The translations under genes and the position numbers were made by a program. A DNA stretch of 64,000 bases from Microcoleus sp. Lineage in GTDB: Bacteria; Cyanobacteriota; Cyanobacteriia; Cyanobacteriales; Microcoleaceae. The notes below the pieces were generated by a model. That model ran no database searches. It saw nothing but the letters and a program-made list of their open reading frames with translations, and was not told the DNA's origin. The stretch lies in the NCBI GenBank assembly GCA_052279835.1, contig CP181291.1:3744001-3808000 (forward strand). The letters are read 5' to 3'. Below, in pieces: positions 63,205 to 64,000 of this stretch (its first letter is position 1; each line of letters starts with the position of its first letter).

Positions 63205-64000
63205 ATGGATACCAGAAAAAATTATCAGCCGTTCCTACCAAAATCTAATGGTCAATTGTCTCCCTTGTCTGCTCCTAACTACAGAGATAAGTTTGAAGAA
63301 ATAGAAGAAGAAAAACTAGACTTGTCTTGGCTATTTGGGGTAGTACGCCGTCGCATCCTGGTAATGTTAGTAGCCAGCATTGCTTTGAGTTCCGTGGTGG
63401 GAGCGGTGATCCTCAAAAATTCTAAAAGCATTACCATAGACTATGAAGGCTCATTTTCCTTGTTGGTAGAACCAGCTACCGCTGAAGGTTTACTATCCAA
63501 ACAATTAGATAATACCGTAGCTGCTGACTTGGCTAAAATCAATATAGAAGGGATTAGTTTAGTAGATTATGAAACGCAAATTAGGATTTTACGCAGTCCC
63601 AGAATGATGCGACCAGTGCTACAAAAAATGCGGACATTGTATCCTAATATGACCTACAATGACCTCATGTCAAAAATATCAATAAACCGGATTAGCTATG
63701 AAAAAGATGGCAAACAGCAAGGGACAAAAATTTTAGAAATTAAGTACAAAGATTCAAATCCCAAAAGAATTTATGCTGTATTGGATCAAGTTTCTAAAGC
63801 TTATTTAGAGTACAGTTTGCAACAGCGACTAACAGGTATTAATCAAGGAATTAAGTTTATAGATATGGAGATGCCGAAGCTCCGAGAAAGAGTCGAAGTT
63901 TTGCAACTACAAGTTCAAAAACTGCGTCAGCAGAGCAACTTGTTTGACCCCCAGCTAGAAGGAAAATCTCTGTCAGAACAAGTTCAGAGCATTCGGGGAC
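63205..64000 (+). CDS. wzc: Wzc/GumC-type chain-length regulator, 3'-truncated by the window
   Basis: LDLSWLFGVVRRR-TM, YEGSFSLLVEP, DYETQIRILRSP; frame open to the window end. Confidence 0.82.
   Translation, partial: MDTRKNYQPFLPKSNGQLSPLSAPNYRDKFEEIEEEKLDLSWLFGVVRRRILVMLVASIALSSVVGAVILKNSKSITIDYEGSFSLLVEPATAEGLLSKQLDNTVAADLAKINIEGISLVDYETQIRILRSPRMMRPVLQKMRTLYPNMTYNDLMSKISINRISYEKDGKQQGTKILEIKYKDSNPKRIYAVLDQVSKAYLEYSLQQRLTGINQGIKFIDMEMPKLRERVEVLQLQVQKLRQQSNLFDPQLEGKSLSEQVQSIRG

Overview
Chromosomal window from a filamentous cyanobacterium. HIP1 (GCGATCGC) sites, heptamer STRR arrays and genes such as ndhS, thf1, cpcT-family lyase and hfq suggest an Oscillatoriales/Microcoleus-like host (inference). 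Contents in order: a PAS histidine kinase, a Zn/Mn ABC importer, an smtA/smtB metallothionein locus, smpB, an exosortase O plus PEP-CTERM pair, housekeeping genes, an orphan toxin/immunity-like pair and a Wzx/Wzy exopolysaccharide cluster (47-64 kb). The standout is a diversity-generating retroelement (DGR) at about 26.9-32.7 kb. It has a coiled-coil/TPR/FGE-sulfatase (CLec) target gene with a variable repeat (VR 29699-29871), a template repeat (TR 30244-30416) differing at 10 TR adenines plus one IMH-type position, avd, and a DGR-type reverse transcriptase interrupted by one TAA. Three aspects are unusual. (i) A 97-bp tandem array between TR/spacer and avd, where each unit repeats the avd start and forms a 29-30-codon mini-ORF. 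(ii) TR/VR homology runs past the stop codon and covers two mutable in-frame TAG codons. (iii) The target's promoter and first 28 codons are duplicated. Five unrelated genes carry single-base homopolymer frameshifts, so the assembly may contain sequencing errors, including possibly the RT stop.
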